A stretch of 64,000 nt of DNA from an uncultured archaeon (GCA_963787445.1 CAWBCT010000005.1:96001-160000), one strand, 5' to 3'; counted from the first letter of the stretch, positions 24,601 to 29,807 are shown. The notes: generated by a model from the sequence alone, not told the origin. A program made the numbers and translations.

Positions 24601-27600
24601 CTGTGGCCCTGACATGCCTACTATCGTGTTGGTGACCGAGTTGTAGACTAGGAAGTTGTAGGTGTAACTGCCGGTGCCGCCGGAAGCGGAGGCGGTGAAG
24701 ATGATACTTGTGCCCTGGTCGTAGTTGGCGTTGGATGAGGGTGTGATGCCCGGTGTGTTGAGCGCCGAGTAGACTGTGATGGTGTAGGGTATCGTATTGA
24801 AGGTCACCGGGCTGGATGCCTGGTCTTTCGCGATCACGTTGTAGGTGTAGGTGCCTGCACCAAGGGTTGACGCGAGGACTGTGAGCACGTTTGTGGTCAG
24901 GGAGGTGTAGGGGGAGTTGGAGGAGTATACTGGTGTTCCGCCGTTATAGATTATCTGGTTGTAGGTGAACTGCGGGGTTCCGCCCGTGATTGTTGCGGTC
25001 TGGATTACGGTCTGGCCTATATCATAGGACGTTGTGCCGGGGGATGACGAGATCGACGGCGCCGTATTGACCGTTATCTGGTTTGTCCCGGTGTAGGCAA
25101 TCTCGTTGGTGGTTGCGCCGTCCACCTCCTTTACGCAGTAGTAGGTGGGGGAGGAGGGTGTGAAGGTCTGGGAGAGCCCGGTGGTCCCGGTGGTGGTGTC
25201 GGAAGTGCAGGTTGCGGAGGCTCCTGAGAACCAGGTGTAGGTGTAGCCCGGCGAGCCCGTGCTTGCGGCGGGGATGGTCAGGGTCGTGGATTGCCCGTTG
25301 TCTATCACAACATTGGAAGGGTTAGGCGTGGTTAGGGTTGAGTTGGAGCTGTAGGTCACCAGGTTGTTGATGGTCATGTAGTAGACGGAGTTGGTGGTGA
25401 CTATGTCGTTCGCCCACCTCTGCATGTTCAGGTCCATGGAGTAGGTGATCGCGTTGAGCGGAATGTTGTTGTTTGCCTGGACGAAGCCCATCTTCGCGCC
25501 GTTCAGGTAGAAGCTGGCCACGGAGTTGCTTGCGGTCCTGCTCAGCTGGACGAGGAAGTTTCCGTTGTATTGAATCGTCCCGGTCGTGCTTGCGGGGCGA
25601 AGGACCGTGTAGTTGAAGTCGCCCCCGCCCGACTGGATGTAGCCCAGCATCGAGCCGTCGGCGATCTTGACTATTATCCCGTACTGCGCTCCGGTCGCGC
25701 TGGAGGCATAGACGTCGTAGTCGTCCTCGCCGTTGGCGGCGTTATTGACTACGCCGTTGAACACCCCGTTGAACGAGTAGGCATAGATCTGGTTCGAGGT
25801 TCCGGTGTACTGGGAGTAGCTCGGCACCGCGCAGATGTTGTTTCCTGGGAAGAGCAGCGTGAACAGGGTGAGCTGGTTTGAGGAGGCGGCTCCCGAAGTT
25901 CCGGCGCAGGTGGTGGCCGCGGTGAGCATGGTGTTGGTCACGGTGGTTATTATCTGCGCGCCGTTGGCGGTGAACGGCGAGTTCTCTATGACGCTGCTGG
26001 CCCCGCTGCACACCTGGGTCTGGGTATCGGTGAGGCTGTAGGAGTAGCTGGAGGTCGTGCTGGTGTAGGGTACGGTGGGCTGCGGCTCGGAGAAGAGGGT
26101 CGTGCCTGCGCCCAGTGGTGTGCCTGCGCAGGAGGCGAATCGGTAGTAGGACATGGTATAGGGCGCAACGCCGCCGGTCGGGTTTCCTGTGAGAAGGGTG
26201 TTCTGGCCGAAGTCGACTATGGTGTTGGAGACGGTCAGGGGGTTGGCGAAGAGGGTAGAGTAGGTGAGGGTTATAGGACCAGAGCACACCGCCCCGTTTG
26301 AGGAGTCGGCGACCCGGTAGCTGTAGGTGTTGGAGGCCAGGGGCGAGGCTGCATAGGTCGGCAGGGTCGCTCCGGCTATCACGTTGGCGGCGTTGCAGGC
26401 GGGGTTGCCGGCGCTGTTCACATACCAGGTGTAGGTGTAGGGCGAGATGCCGTTGAAGGCGTGGGCGCCGATCGGATAGGGCTCGGTCTGCTGTGCGACG
26501 TAGTAGGTCGGCATGGTGTGGTAGGTGGTCAGGTTGGAGACTATCATGTAGTCAACGGAGTTGCTGCTTATCCAGCCGTTGGAGGCCCTGGCTACCCCGA
26601 TCACCGACCAGAACGAGAGCGAGTTGAGGGGGAAGGTGTTGCCGGCGTCGGCGACCGACCCGAGCAGCAGCCCATTCAGGTAGAACGAGGCCGTCGTCCT
26701 GACTCCGTTGTAGGTCAGTGCCGCGTAGAAGTTGCCAGTGTAGGAGATGGGGGAGTTGGAAGGCCCGGCGGCGTGCAGTATGGCGTACTGGAAGTCCAGG
26801 TTGTTTGACTGGAGGTAGCCCAGGAGCGAGCCGTCGGCGATCTTTGAGATGAACCCGAACTCCACGCCGTTGAAGAAGAGCGAGTTGGCCATGAAGATGT
26901 TTTCGATGTCGTTAGGCCCGGCGAGGGTGTTCGACATCCCGTTGAAGGCCCCGTTGTAGCTGAACGAGTCAAGCGGGTCAGGGCCGCCGTTGGCCCCTTG
27001 TCCGGTCATCTGGATATACTGGGCGGTGTTCGGAAGGCCGCAGACGCCGTTGTTCGGCATTATGACCTTGAACTGGTAGAGGAGCGGCGAGCTGACGTCG
27101 CCGTTGGCGCCGTTGCAGTCGGTGGAGCCGGTCATCTGGGTGCTGTTTATGAGTATGGCAGAGGTGGGAGTGTTTGCGGTGACGGCGATGTAGGCCGTTC
27201 CGATGGTTGTGTAGGGCAGGATGCCGTTCGGCGGATAGATGCGGGCGCGGGCCCAGATTATGTTCACCGCAAACGGGGTGATTGGGCCGTTGCCGCCTAT
27301 CACCAATGCAAGAGTGTTGGCTCCGACCGAGGTGACCAGCCCGTTGCCCGAGTCTGAGGTGATCACACTGTATCCTGCAGAGTAGAACTGGGTGCTGGCA
27401 GCGGGCCAGGCAACGCCTATCACGTTGGGTTGGGAGGTGACTATCCTGGTGCCGTAGACTCGGGACGCACCCGTGCTGGTATAGACTATGGCATTGACCG
27501 CGGTGAGCGCGTTGAAGCCGACGCCGTAGCCGCTGTCGAAGCCGTTGGTGCCGAACGTCGGGGTTCCAGACACGATCTCAACGCCAGGCAGCTTCAGGGC

Positions 27601-29634
27601 GCTGTTGGTGCTGGACCTGATGCCCGCCTCAAACCAGAACTGGCCGCTCAGCGTACTGGCTGAGCTGAGGCCTATCGCATTAACTCCAACGGAGTTCATG
27701 GTGAGGCCGTTGTTTATGATTGCGTTGTCCGCGAATGCGTTGGCTCCGCCGGCGCTGACGGCCACCTTGGCCCAGAGCGAGCCCGGGACCTTGGGACCGA
27801 TGCCGTTGAAGTTGTCATAGAACGAGAACATAGAATAGCCGTCGTCGTACTGGCCGTAGTTGCAATTCGTCGTTGTGACCGTGCCTATCGAACATGAGAG
27901 CTGGGGTGCTTCACCCGTGTTTACGTTGTTGAGAAGTATGTTGGCAGCAATCTGGCCGTTTCCCAAGCTGTTTTGGGCCCAGCCCAGGTAGATCGTGTTG
28001 GTCGTCGGAGTGCCCGTGTTGGCCGGGAGGAAGGTGCTGGGCCACGGAGCCTTGACCCAGTAAAGTATATTGGCGCTGTTTATCAGCGAGTTGGCAGAGG
28101 ATGGAGCCGTGCACAGGCCGTTTGCAGTGGTCTCGCCGACAAGGTTGCCCTCCAGCCAGGAGTTGATGACCATGCCGTTCGGGAAGAAGAACTCGGCGTT
28201 GTCAAGGTTGCAGGTGTAGTACTGGGCGTAGGTCTTGGCCGAGAAGCCGGTGACGACGTTTCCCGGCTGTACGCCGACGGCCAGGGGAGTGCCCGAGGCT
28301 ATCGCTGCATTCTGCTGGTTCGTGAATGTTATCGGAAGAAACTCCACGATGGGTGTGGGAAGTATTATCGCCGTCGGGTCGAGGGGAGTGTAGTTCGCAT
28401 TGCCGAACGTGTCAAAGGTGATATTTAGTGGCAGGCTTGCGGGCACCACGAAGGTCGAGAGGTTCAGGGCGAAGGCGCCGTGCGTTTCCGTCGTGTTGAT
28501 TAGGGTGGTATTGCCCTCCTTCACCGTTATCCTGTAGTTCATCGTGTTGTTGTCAACCACGCTGCCCAGGAGGGAGGGGGTGATGTTGTAGAATGCGCGG
28601 TTTTGGAGCTGCCCGTTGACCACGTAGCCCAGGGGCTCGGTGAGGGTGGTCACGCCGGCGGTGGTGATGTTCTGGCCGAGCACGCGTATGTCCAACCCGG
28701 GCCGGGCCTTTTTCACCGTGACGTTCAGGAGGGCGATTGAGTTGCCCGAAACAATGGCGAAGGTCAGATTTGAATTTGCATTCACGTACTTTCCTGACTG
28801 CCGGATAGAACCATAGGTGACGTTTATGCTGACGTTATTGATCGTTGCCGGGGCACCTCCTCTCGTATAGTTCCTGATCGCCTCACGCACCCTAAGCACC
28901 TGGCTTCTGTTGAGGGCAGTAAGGTTGGACAGTTGGGCGTAGTCCTGGAATCCTAGGATCGTGCCGTTGTAGCTCCCGTTCAAAACCCTTCTGAAGAGTG
29001 GGGAGAGGGATGACAGGCTGTTTGAGATGAAGAGGGAGTTCCTACCGAATGCGGTGTTGAGCCGACGCAGGGTCGTGGACAAGCTAGTAAGTGAGCCAAG
29101 CCGTTTGCCCAGAATGGAATTCGAGATGAGTGAGTTGGAGATGAGTGAATTTGAGATTAGGGAGTTGGTGGTGTTTAGGGCAGGTATCGTGGTTGTCGTG
29201 TTCAGGGTTGTCGTGGTCGTGTTCAGGGTGGTGGTCGTTATGTTCAGAGTAGTGGTTGTTGGAAGGGTGGTGGTTGTCGTTGTTTTGTTTATGGTCGTCG
29301 TTGGGAGAGTGGTGGTTGTCTTGTTTATGGTTGTGGTCGGAATGGTGGTGGTTGTGGTGTTTAGGGTCGTGGTCGGGAGCGTTGTGGTGTTGAGGCTGGT
29401 GGTCGGGAGGGTCGTGGTGTTGAGGGTGGTCGTGGTGTTCAAGGTGGTTGTGCTGGAGCTGGAGAGGTTTAGGATCGTCGTGACGGTTGTGGAGTTTATG
29501 CTTACGATGGAGTTGGAGGTGGTGTTTAACGTGCTGCTGGAGACGGTCGTGTTGGAGGCTGCCGCCACGGTTAGCAGTGCGAAGACGAATGCCACCGCCA
29601 TCAGCAACACTACAAATGCAACTTCGCCCTTCAT
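6631..29634 (-). CDS. giant (~7,670 aa) membrane-anchored surface protein/putative adhesin with 49 Ig-like repeats
   Basis: Single uninterrupted 23-kb ORF: signal peptide MKGEVAFVVLLMAVAFVFALLTVAAA, Thr-rich stalk, DUF2341-like and lectin-like domains, GG..SYTY beta-sandwich repeats, poly-Gly, C-terminal TM helix followed by RRRR. ATG at 29634; the ORF track uses TTG at 29640. Confidence 0.9.
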   Translation of the reverse strand: MKGEVAFVVLLMAVAFVFALLTVAAASNTTVSSSTLNTTSNSIVSINSTTVTTILNLSSSSTTTLNTTTTLNTTTLPTTSLNTTTLPTTTLNTTTTTIPTTTINKTTTTLPTTTINKTTTTTTLPTTTTLNITTTTLNTTTTTLNTTTTIPALNTTNSLISNSLISNSLISNSILGKRLGSLTSLSTTLRRLNTAFGRNSLFISNSLSSLSPLFRRVLNGSYNGTILGFQDYAQLSNLTALNRSQVLRVREAIRNYTRGGAPATINNVSINVTYGSIRQSGKYVNANSNLTFAIVSGNSIALLNVTVKKARPGLDIRVLGQNITTAGVTTLTEPLGYVVNGQLQNRAFYNITPSLLGSVVDNNTMNYRITVKEGNTTLINTTETHGAFALNLSTFVVPASLPLNITFDTFGNANYTPLDPTAIILPTPIVEFLPITFTNQQNAAIASGTPLAVGVQPGNVVTGFSAKTYAQYYTCNLDNAEFFFPNGMVINSWLEGNLVGETTANGLCTAPSSANSLINSANILYWVKAPWPSTFLPANTGTPTTNTIYLGWAQNSLGNGQIAANILLNNVNTGEAPQLSCSIGTVTTTNCNYGQYDDGYSMFSFYDNFNGIGPKVPGSLWAKVAVSAGGANAFADNAIINNGLTMNSVGVNAIGLSSASTLSGQFWFEAGIRSSTNSALKLPGVEIVSGTPTFGTNGFDSGYGVGFNALTAVNAIVYTSTGASRVYGTRIVTSQPNVIGVAWPAASTQFYSAGYSVITSDSGNGLVTSVGANTLALVIGGNGPITPFAVNIIWARARIYPPNGILPYTTIGTAYIAVTANTPTSAILINSTQMTGSTDCNGANGDVSSPLLYQFKVIMPNNGVCGLPNTAQYIQMTGQGANGGPDPLDSFSYNGAFNGMSNTLAGPNDIENIFMANSLFFNGVEFGFISKIADGSLLGYLQSNNLDFQYAILHAAGPSNSPISYTGNFYAALTYNGVRTTASFYLNGLLLGSVADAGNTFPLNSLSFWSVIGVARASNGWISSNSVDYMIVSNLTTYHTMPTYYVAQQTEPYPIGAHAFNGISPYTYTWYVNSAGNPACNAANVIAGATLPTYAASPLASNTYSYRVADSSNGAVCSGPITLTYSTLFANPLTVSNTIVDFGQNTLLTGNPTGGVAPYTMSYYRFASCAGTPLGAGTTLFSEPQPTVPYTSTTSSYSYSLTDTQTQVCSGASSVIENSPFTANGAQIITTVTNTMLTAATTCAGTSGAASSNQLTLFTLLFPGNNICAVPSYSQYTGTSNQIYAYSFNGVFNGVVNNAANGEDDYDVYASSATGAQYGIIVKIADGSMLGYIQSGGGDFNYTVLRPASTTGTIQYNGNFLVQLSRTASNSVASFYLNGAKMGFVQANNNIPLNAITYSMDLNMQRWANDIVTTNSVYYMTINNLVTYSSNSTLTTPNPSNVVIDNGQSTTLTIPAASTGSPGYTYTWFSGASATCTSDTTTGTTGLSQTFTPSSPTYYCVKEVDGATTNEIAYTGTNQITVNTAPSISSSPGTTSYDIGQTVIQTATITGGTPQFTYNQIIYNGGTPVYSSNSPYTSLTTNVLTVLASTLGAGTYTYNVIAKDQASSPVTFNTIPYTITVYSALNTPGITPSSNANYDQGTSIIFTASASGGTGSYTYNFLVYNSVTNTIVGMSGPQASSTYAFPVNSANAGNTLVANVFVTDTATTQVTTNSIHSGVFTVFTSLNTPTITPSSNANYDQGTSIIFTASASGGTGSYTYNFLVYNSVTNTLVGMSGGQAGTTYAFPVNSANAGNTLVANVFVIDTSANQVTVNSIKSGVFTVKPTLGTPTITPSSNANYDQGTSIIFTASASGGTGSYTYNFFVYNSVTNTLVGTSGGQAGTTYAFPVNSANAGNTLVANVFVIDTSANQVTVNSIKSGVFTVFTSLNTPTITPSSNANYDQGTSIIFTASASGGTGSYTYNFLVYNSVTNTLVGMSGGQAGTTYAFPVNSANAGNTLVANVFVTDTSANQVVVNSILSGVLTVKTTLGTPTITPSSNANYDQGTSIIFTASASGGTGSYTYNFLVYNSVTNTLVGMSGGQSGTTYAFPVNSANAGNTLVANVFVIDTSANQVTVNSIKSGVFTVFTSLNTPTIAPSSNANYDQGTSIIFTASASGGTGSYTYNFFVYNSVTNTLVGTSGGQSGTTYAFPVNSANAGNTLVANVFVIDTSANQVTVNSIKSGVFTVFTSLNTPTIAPSSNANYDQGTSIIFTASASGGTGSYTYNFLVYNSVTNTLVGMSGGQSGTTYAFPVNSANAGNTLVANVFVIDTSANQVTVNSIKSGVFTVKSTLGTPTLTPSSNANYDQGTSILFTASASGGTGSYTYNFFVYNSVTNTLVGTSGGQSGTTYAFPVNSANAGNTLVANVFVIDTSANQVTVNSIHSGTFTVFTSLNTPTITPSSNANYDQGTSIIFTASASGGTGSYTYNFLVYNSVTNTLVGMSGGQSGTTYAFPVNSANAGNTLVANVFVIDTSANQVVVNSILSGVLTVKTTLGTPTITPSSNANYDQGTSIIFTASASGGTGSYTYNFLVYNSVTNTLVGMSGGQSGTTYAFPVNSANAGNTLVANVFVIDTSANQVTVNSIHSGTFTVFTSLNTPTITPSSNANYDQGTSIIFTASASGGTGSYTYNFLVYNSVTNTLVGMSGGQSGTTYAFPVNSANAGNTLVANVFVIDTSANQVTVNSIKSGVFTVKPTLGTPTITPSSNANYDQGTSIIFTASASGGTGSYTYNFLVYNSVTNTLVGMSGGQSGTTYAFPVNSANAGNTLVANVFVIDTSANQVAVNSILSGVFTVKPTLNTPTITPSSNANYDQGTSIIFTASASGGTGSYTYNFFVYNSVTNTLVGTSGGQSGTTYAFPVNSANAGNTLVANVFVTDTSANQVVVNSILSGVLTVKTTLGTPTITPSSNANYDQGTSIIFTASASGGTGSYTYNFLVYNSVTNTLVGTSGDQPGATYAFPVNSANAGNTLVANVFVTDTSGNAIAANSIYSGTFTVYSALGIPMLTSNPTLPASWAVGNTITYTASWSGGVSSYTVNFLVVNTITGSLAANYLTTNTFTSNSFTWLIPLADIGNTLQANVIITDSAANVETTNSVPSGTLTVISSYTPPAVTISAPSNSLVDVGQYETFTATEAGGSTTSFTYNFLVVNSVTLGTIAHNALFQSVSSTTSTFTYQVISSDVANSPEKANVVLTDTNPTTVNSVYTSTFTISPAPTVSITPSSNANYDQGTSIIFTASASGGTGSYTYNFLVYNSVTNTLVGMSGGQPGATYAFPVNSANAGNTLVANVFVTDSATTHVTVNSILSGIFTVEPTLGTPTITPSSNANYDQGTSIIFTASASGGTGSYTYNFFVYNSVTNTLVGTSGGQSGTTYAFPVNSANAGNTLVANVFVIDTSANQVTVNSIKSGVFTVFTSLNTPTITPSSNANYDQGTSIIFTASASGGTGSYTYNFFVYNSVTNTLVGTSGGQSGTTYAFPVNSANAGNTLVANVFVIDTSANQVTVNSIKSGVFTVFTSLNTPTLAPSSNANYDQGTSIIFTASASGGTGSYTYNFLVYNSVTNTLVGMSGGQSGTTYAFPVNSANAGNTLVANVFVIDTSANQVTVNSIHSGTFTVFTSLNTPTITPSSNANYDQGTSIIFTASASGGTGSYTYNFFVYNSVTNTLVGTSGGQSGTTYAFPVNSANAGNTLVANVFVIDTSANQVTVNSIHSGTFTVFTSLNTPTITPSSNANYDQGTSIIFTASASGGTGSYTYNFLVYNSVTNTLVGMSGGQSGTTYAFPVNSANAGNTLVANVFVIDTSANQVVVNSILSGVLTVKTTLGTPTITPSSNANYDQGTSIIFTASASGGTGSYTYNFLVYNSVTNTLVGMSGGQSGTTYAFPVNSANAGNTLVANVFVIDTSANQVTVNSIKSGVFTVKPTLGTPTITPSSNANYDQGTSIIFTASASGGTGSYTYNFFVYNLVTNTLVGTSGGQAGTTYAFPVNSANAGNTLVANVFVIDTSANQVTVNSIHSGTFTVYTALGTPTITPSSNANYDQGTSIIFTASASGGTGSYTYNFLVYNSVTNTLIGMSGGQSGTTYAFPVNSANAGNTLVANVFVTDNSGNSIAANSIHSGTFTVFTSLNTPTITPSSNANYDQGTSIIFTASASGGTGSYTYNFFVYNSVTNTLVGTSGGQSGTTYAFPVNSANAGNTLVANVFVIDTSANQVTVNSIKSGVFTVFTSLNTPTITPSSNANYDQGTSIIFTASASGGTGSYTYNFLVYNSVTNTLVGTSSGQSGTTYAFPVNSANAGNTLVANVFVIDTSANQVTVNSIKSGVFTVKPTLGTPTITPSSNANYDQGTSIIFTASASGGTGSYTYNFFVYNSVTNTLVGTSGGQSGTTYAFPVNSANAGNTLVANVFVIDTSANQVTVNSIKSGVFTVFTSLNTPTITPSSNANYDQGTSIIFTASASGGTGSYTYNFFVYNSVTNTLVGTSGGQSGTTYAFPVNSANAGNTLVANVFVIDTSANQVTVNSIKSGVFTVFTSLNTPTITPSSNANYDQGTSIIFTASASGGTGSYTYNFFVYNSVTNTLVGTSGGQSGTTYAFPVNSANAGNTLVANVFVIDTSANQVTVNSIKSGVFTVFTSLNTPTITPSSNANYDQGTSIIFTASASGGTGSYTYNFFVYNSVTNTLVGTSGGQSGTTYAFPVNSANAGNTLVANVFVIDTSANQVTVNSIKSGVFTVFTSLNTPTIAPSSNANYDQGTSIIFTASASGGTGSYTYNFFVYNSVTNTLVGTSGGQSGTTYAFPVNSANAGNTLVANVFVTDNSGNSIAANSIHSGTFTVFTSLNTPTITPSSNANYDQGTSIIFTASASGGTGSYTYNFFVYNSVTNTLVGTSGGQSGTTYAFPVNSANAGNTLVANVFVIDTSANQVTVNSIKSGVFTVFTSLNTPTITPSSNANYDQGTSIIFTASASGGTGSYTYNFLVYNSVTNTLVGMSGGQSGTTYAFPVNSANAGNTLVANVFVIDTSANQVVVNSILSGVLTVKTTLGTPTITPSSNANYDQGTSIIFTASASGGTGSYTYNFLVYNSVTNTLVGMSGGQSGTTYAFPVNSANAGNTLVANVFVIDTSANQVTVNSIKSGVFTVKPTLGTPTITPSSNANYDQGTSIIFTASASGGTGSYTYNFFVYNLVTNTLVGTSGGQAGTTYAFPVNSANAGNTLVANVFVIDTSANQVTVNSIHSGTFTVYTALGTPTITPSSNANYDQGTSIIFTASASGGTGSYTYNFLVYNSVTNTLVGMSGGQSGTTYAFPVNSANAGNTLVANVFVTDNSGNSIAANSIHSGTFTVFTSLNTPTITPSSNANYDQGTSIIFTASASGGTGSYTYNFFVYNSVTNTLVGTSGGQSGTTYAFPVNSANAGNTLVANVFVIDTSANQVTVNSIKSGVFTVFTSLNTPTITPSSNANYDQGTSIIFTASASGGTGSYTYNFFVYNSVTNTLVGTSGGQSGTTYAFPVNSANAGNTLVANVFVIDTSANQVTVNSIHSGTFTVFTPLNTPTITPSSNANYDQGTSIIFTASASGGTGSYTYNFFVYNSVTNTLVGTSGGQSGTTYAFPVNSANAGNTLVANVFVIDTSANQVTVNSIKSGVFTVKPTLGTPTITPSSNANYDQGTSIIFTASASGGTGSYTYNFFVYNSVTNTLVGTSGGQSGTTYAFPVNSANAGNTLVANVFVTDNSGNSIVTNSIHSGTFTVYAALGTPTISPASNSNYDQGTDIIFSVTASGGTGSYTYNFFVYNSVTNTLVGTSGGQSGTTYAFPVNSANAGNTLVANVFVTDNSGNSVAANSIHSGTFTVFTPLNTPTITPSSNANYDQGTSIIFTASASGGTGSYTYNFFVYNSVTNTLVGTSGGQSGTTYAFPVNSANAGNTLVANVFVIDTSANQVTVNSIKSGVFTVFTSLNTPTITPSSNANYDQGTSIIFTASASGGTGSYTYNFFVYNSVTNTLVGTSGGQSGTTYAFPVNSANAGNTLVANVFVIDTSANQVTVNSIKSGVFTVFTSLNTPTIAPSSNANYDQGTSIIFTASASGGTGSYTYNFFVYNSVTNTLVGTSGGQPGATYAFPVNSANAGNTLVANVFVTDTSANQVTVNSIKSGTFTVKPTFGTPTIAPSSNANYDQGTSIIFTASASGGTGSYTYNFFVYNSVTNTLVGTSGGQSGTTYAFPVNSANAGNTLVANVFVTDNSGNSIAANSIHSGTFTVFTSLNTPTITPSSNANYDQGTSIIFTASASGGTGSYTYNFFVYNSVTNTLVGTSGGQSGTTYAFPVNSANAGNTLVANVFVIDTSANQVTVNSIKSGVFTVFTSLNTPTITPSSNANYDQGTSIIFTASAFGGTGSYTYNFFVYNSVTNTLVGTSGGQSGTTYAFPVNSANAGNTLVANVFVIDTSANQVTVNSIKSGVFTVKPTLGTPTITPSSNANYDQGTSIIFTASASGGTGSYTYNFFVYNSVTNTLVGTSGGQAGTTYAFPVNSANAGNTLVANVFVIDTSANQVTVNSIKSGVFTVFTSLNTPTITPSSNANYDQGTSIIFTASASGGTGSYTYNFFVYNSVTNTLVGTSGGQAGTTYAFPVNSANAGNTLVANVFVIDTSANQVTVNSIKSGVFTVFTSLNTPTITPSSNANYDQGTSIIFTASASGGTGSYTYNFFVYNSVTNTLVGTSGGQSGTTYAFPVNSANAGNTLVANVFVIDTSANQLIVNSILSGIFTIQPPLAPSITVSSLEVDAGQTVTFTGTAGGGTSSYTYNFLVVNTITGNLFANALYTAVPTASNTFTYTTMNSDAGNTIQANVIVTDSAANAVTANSVKSSTVTISPLLVSSLFTASNSVLNFNQYQLLSAQLTGGSSPYTYNFVVYNSIGALVTNQLYTGLSTSNTFLFQSLGTWSTGTYTANVYLTDNAGVPVTVSNTLTFTLIGPLTQISWTAGNSLIDQNQYQALSMHINGGLSPYTYNFLVYNSIGALVANALYASPQISNSFLFVQSPAFGTGGFTANILVTDATSNTVSNTLAYAANTPLISTQFIPLNPTTTTTGGQLLEAAIGGGTPPYTYNFLVYNPAGSLVTQNLVSGSSLTTMSYIYAQQASWGTGAFTAHLLATDSATTQVQVSNSLGYNVTTGGGGGGGGGGGGGGGGGVGGAGGGGLLKPTVLPIQNGYVVLGIAVPDIFNVTLFGLLLNFTENFISPTNSGITVNGQSYVIYQNRSTLIVQDQNPNYVYSMQIVNISYIPLQQSIVLRITALPKRVVLNVTTDNFSSEIITYNTTPTIVHLLREDTTLNLTSSITAYQLLSIRNLTQSPFLPALPAGYQPELTENLSIRPTTNLQHQLNTSMNVSVRYNCAIPYYKVVPFILSNFSWAMVDKFTVNSQACEVTMTFNQDPVLSLTSFVGIGNVTVPTTVTTLGTSTTTTIPVVVPPPVNNTPFYDALGLAGAIALIAIALWLIIRRRRMEKRAGPSAIVSAMSLIGRRMRRQRKPKKVEPEEEEEEEPEAAAPELPQRKLSPRPAPPAARRQPTPSARREAILAQSRAEAKRILADAEKETKRMRADSEKRMASGGTAKEILSRAKKRASGLSGRRLSRQKEQQLIADAIAMVLRKRGTD
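7998..8078 (-). repeat. poly-glycine linker (GGN codon run)
   Basis: Long Gly run followed by VGGAGGGG, encoded by mixed ccg/cca/cct repeats. Confidence 0.9.
9290..19875 (-). repeat. intragenic tandem array, 35 x 303 bp (101 aa)
   Basis: Marker GTTGGCG (NANY) at 9541, 9844, 10147 ... 19843 gives 34 intervals of 303 bp; boundaries approximate. Confidence 0.93.
20520..24765 (-). repeat. intragenic tandem array, 14 x 303 bp (101 aa)
   Basis: Same marker from 20785 to 24724 gives 13 intervals of 303 bp; separated from the larger block by two diverged Ig-like modules. Confidence 0.93.
29117..29460 (-). repeat. low-complexity coding repeats: (NSLIS)n and Thr-rich LNTTT/LPTTT units
   Basis: NSLISNSLISNSLISNSIL and repeated TTLNTTT/TTINKTTT in the translation. 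Confidence 0.85.
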
Positions 29635-29807
29635 ACGCAATCACTCAGAATTTTTGGTTCTGAGCCCTTTTTCTGTGTGAAGCGGTCACCACAACCCCTA
29701 AAGCGCAACTTCACTACTCTTGCGCACTTCGCTTCACTGATTTTCAATGTTTTATAATAGACTTAAGCTTATTAAGCCTTCCCCGTCAAAGCTGAGAGCC
29801 GAAAATA

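Noticed and set aside
9290-24765. CRISPR array or non-coding satellite
   Set aside because: Units are 303 bp, in frame within one ORF, vary mostly at synonymous sites and have no unique spacers; no cas genes are present
6631-29634. Diversity-generating retroelement acting on the giant gene
   Set aside because: No reverse transcriptase in the window, and variation between repeats is not adenine-specific
29027-29680. Val-rich 217-aa plus-strand ORF
   Set aside because: Antisense mirror of the Thr-rich (ACN) stalk of the giant gene
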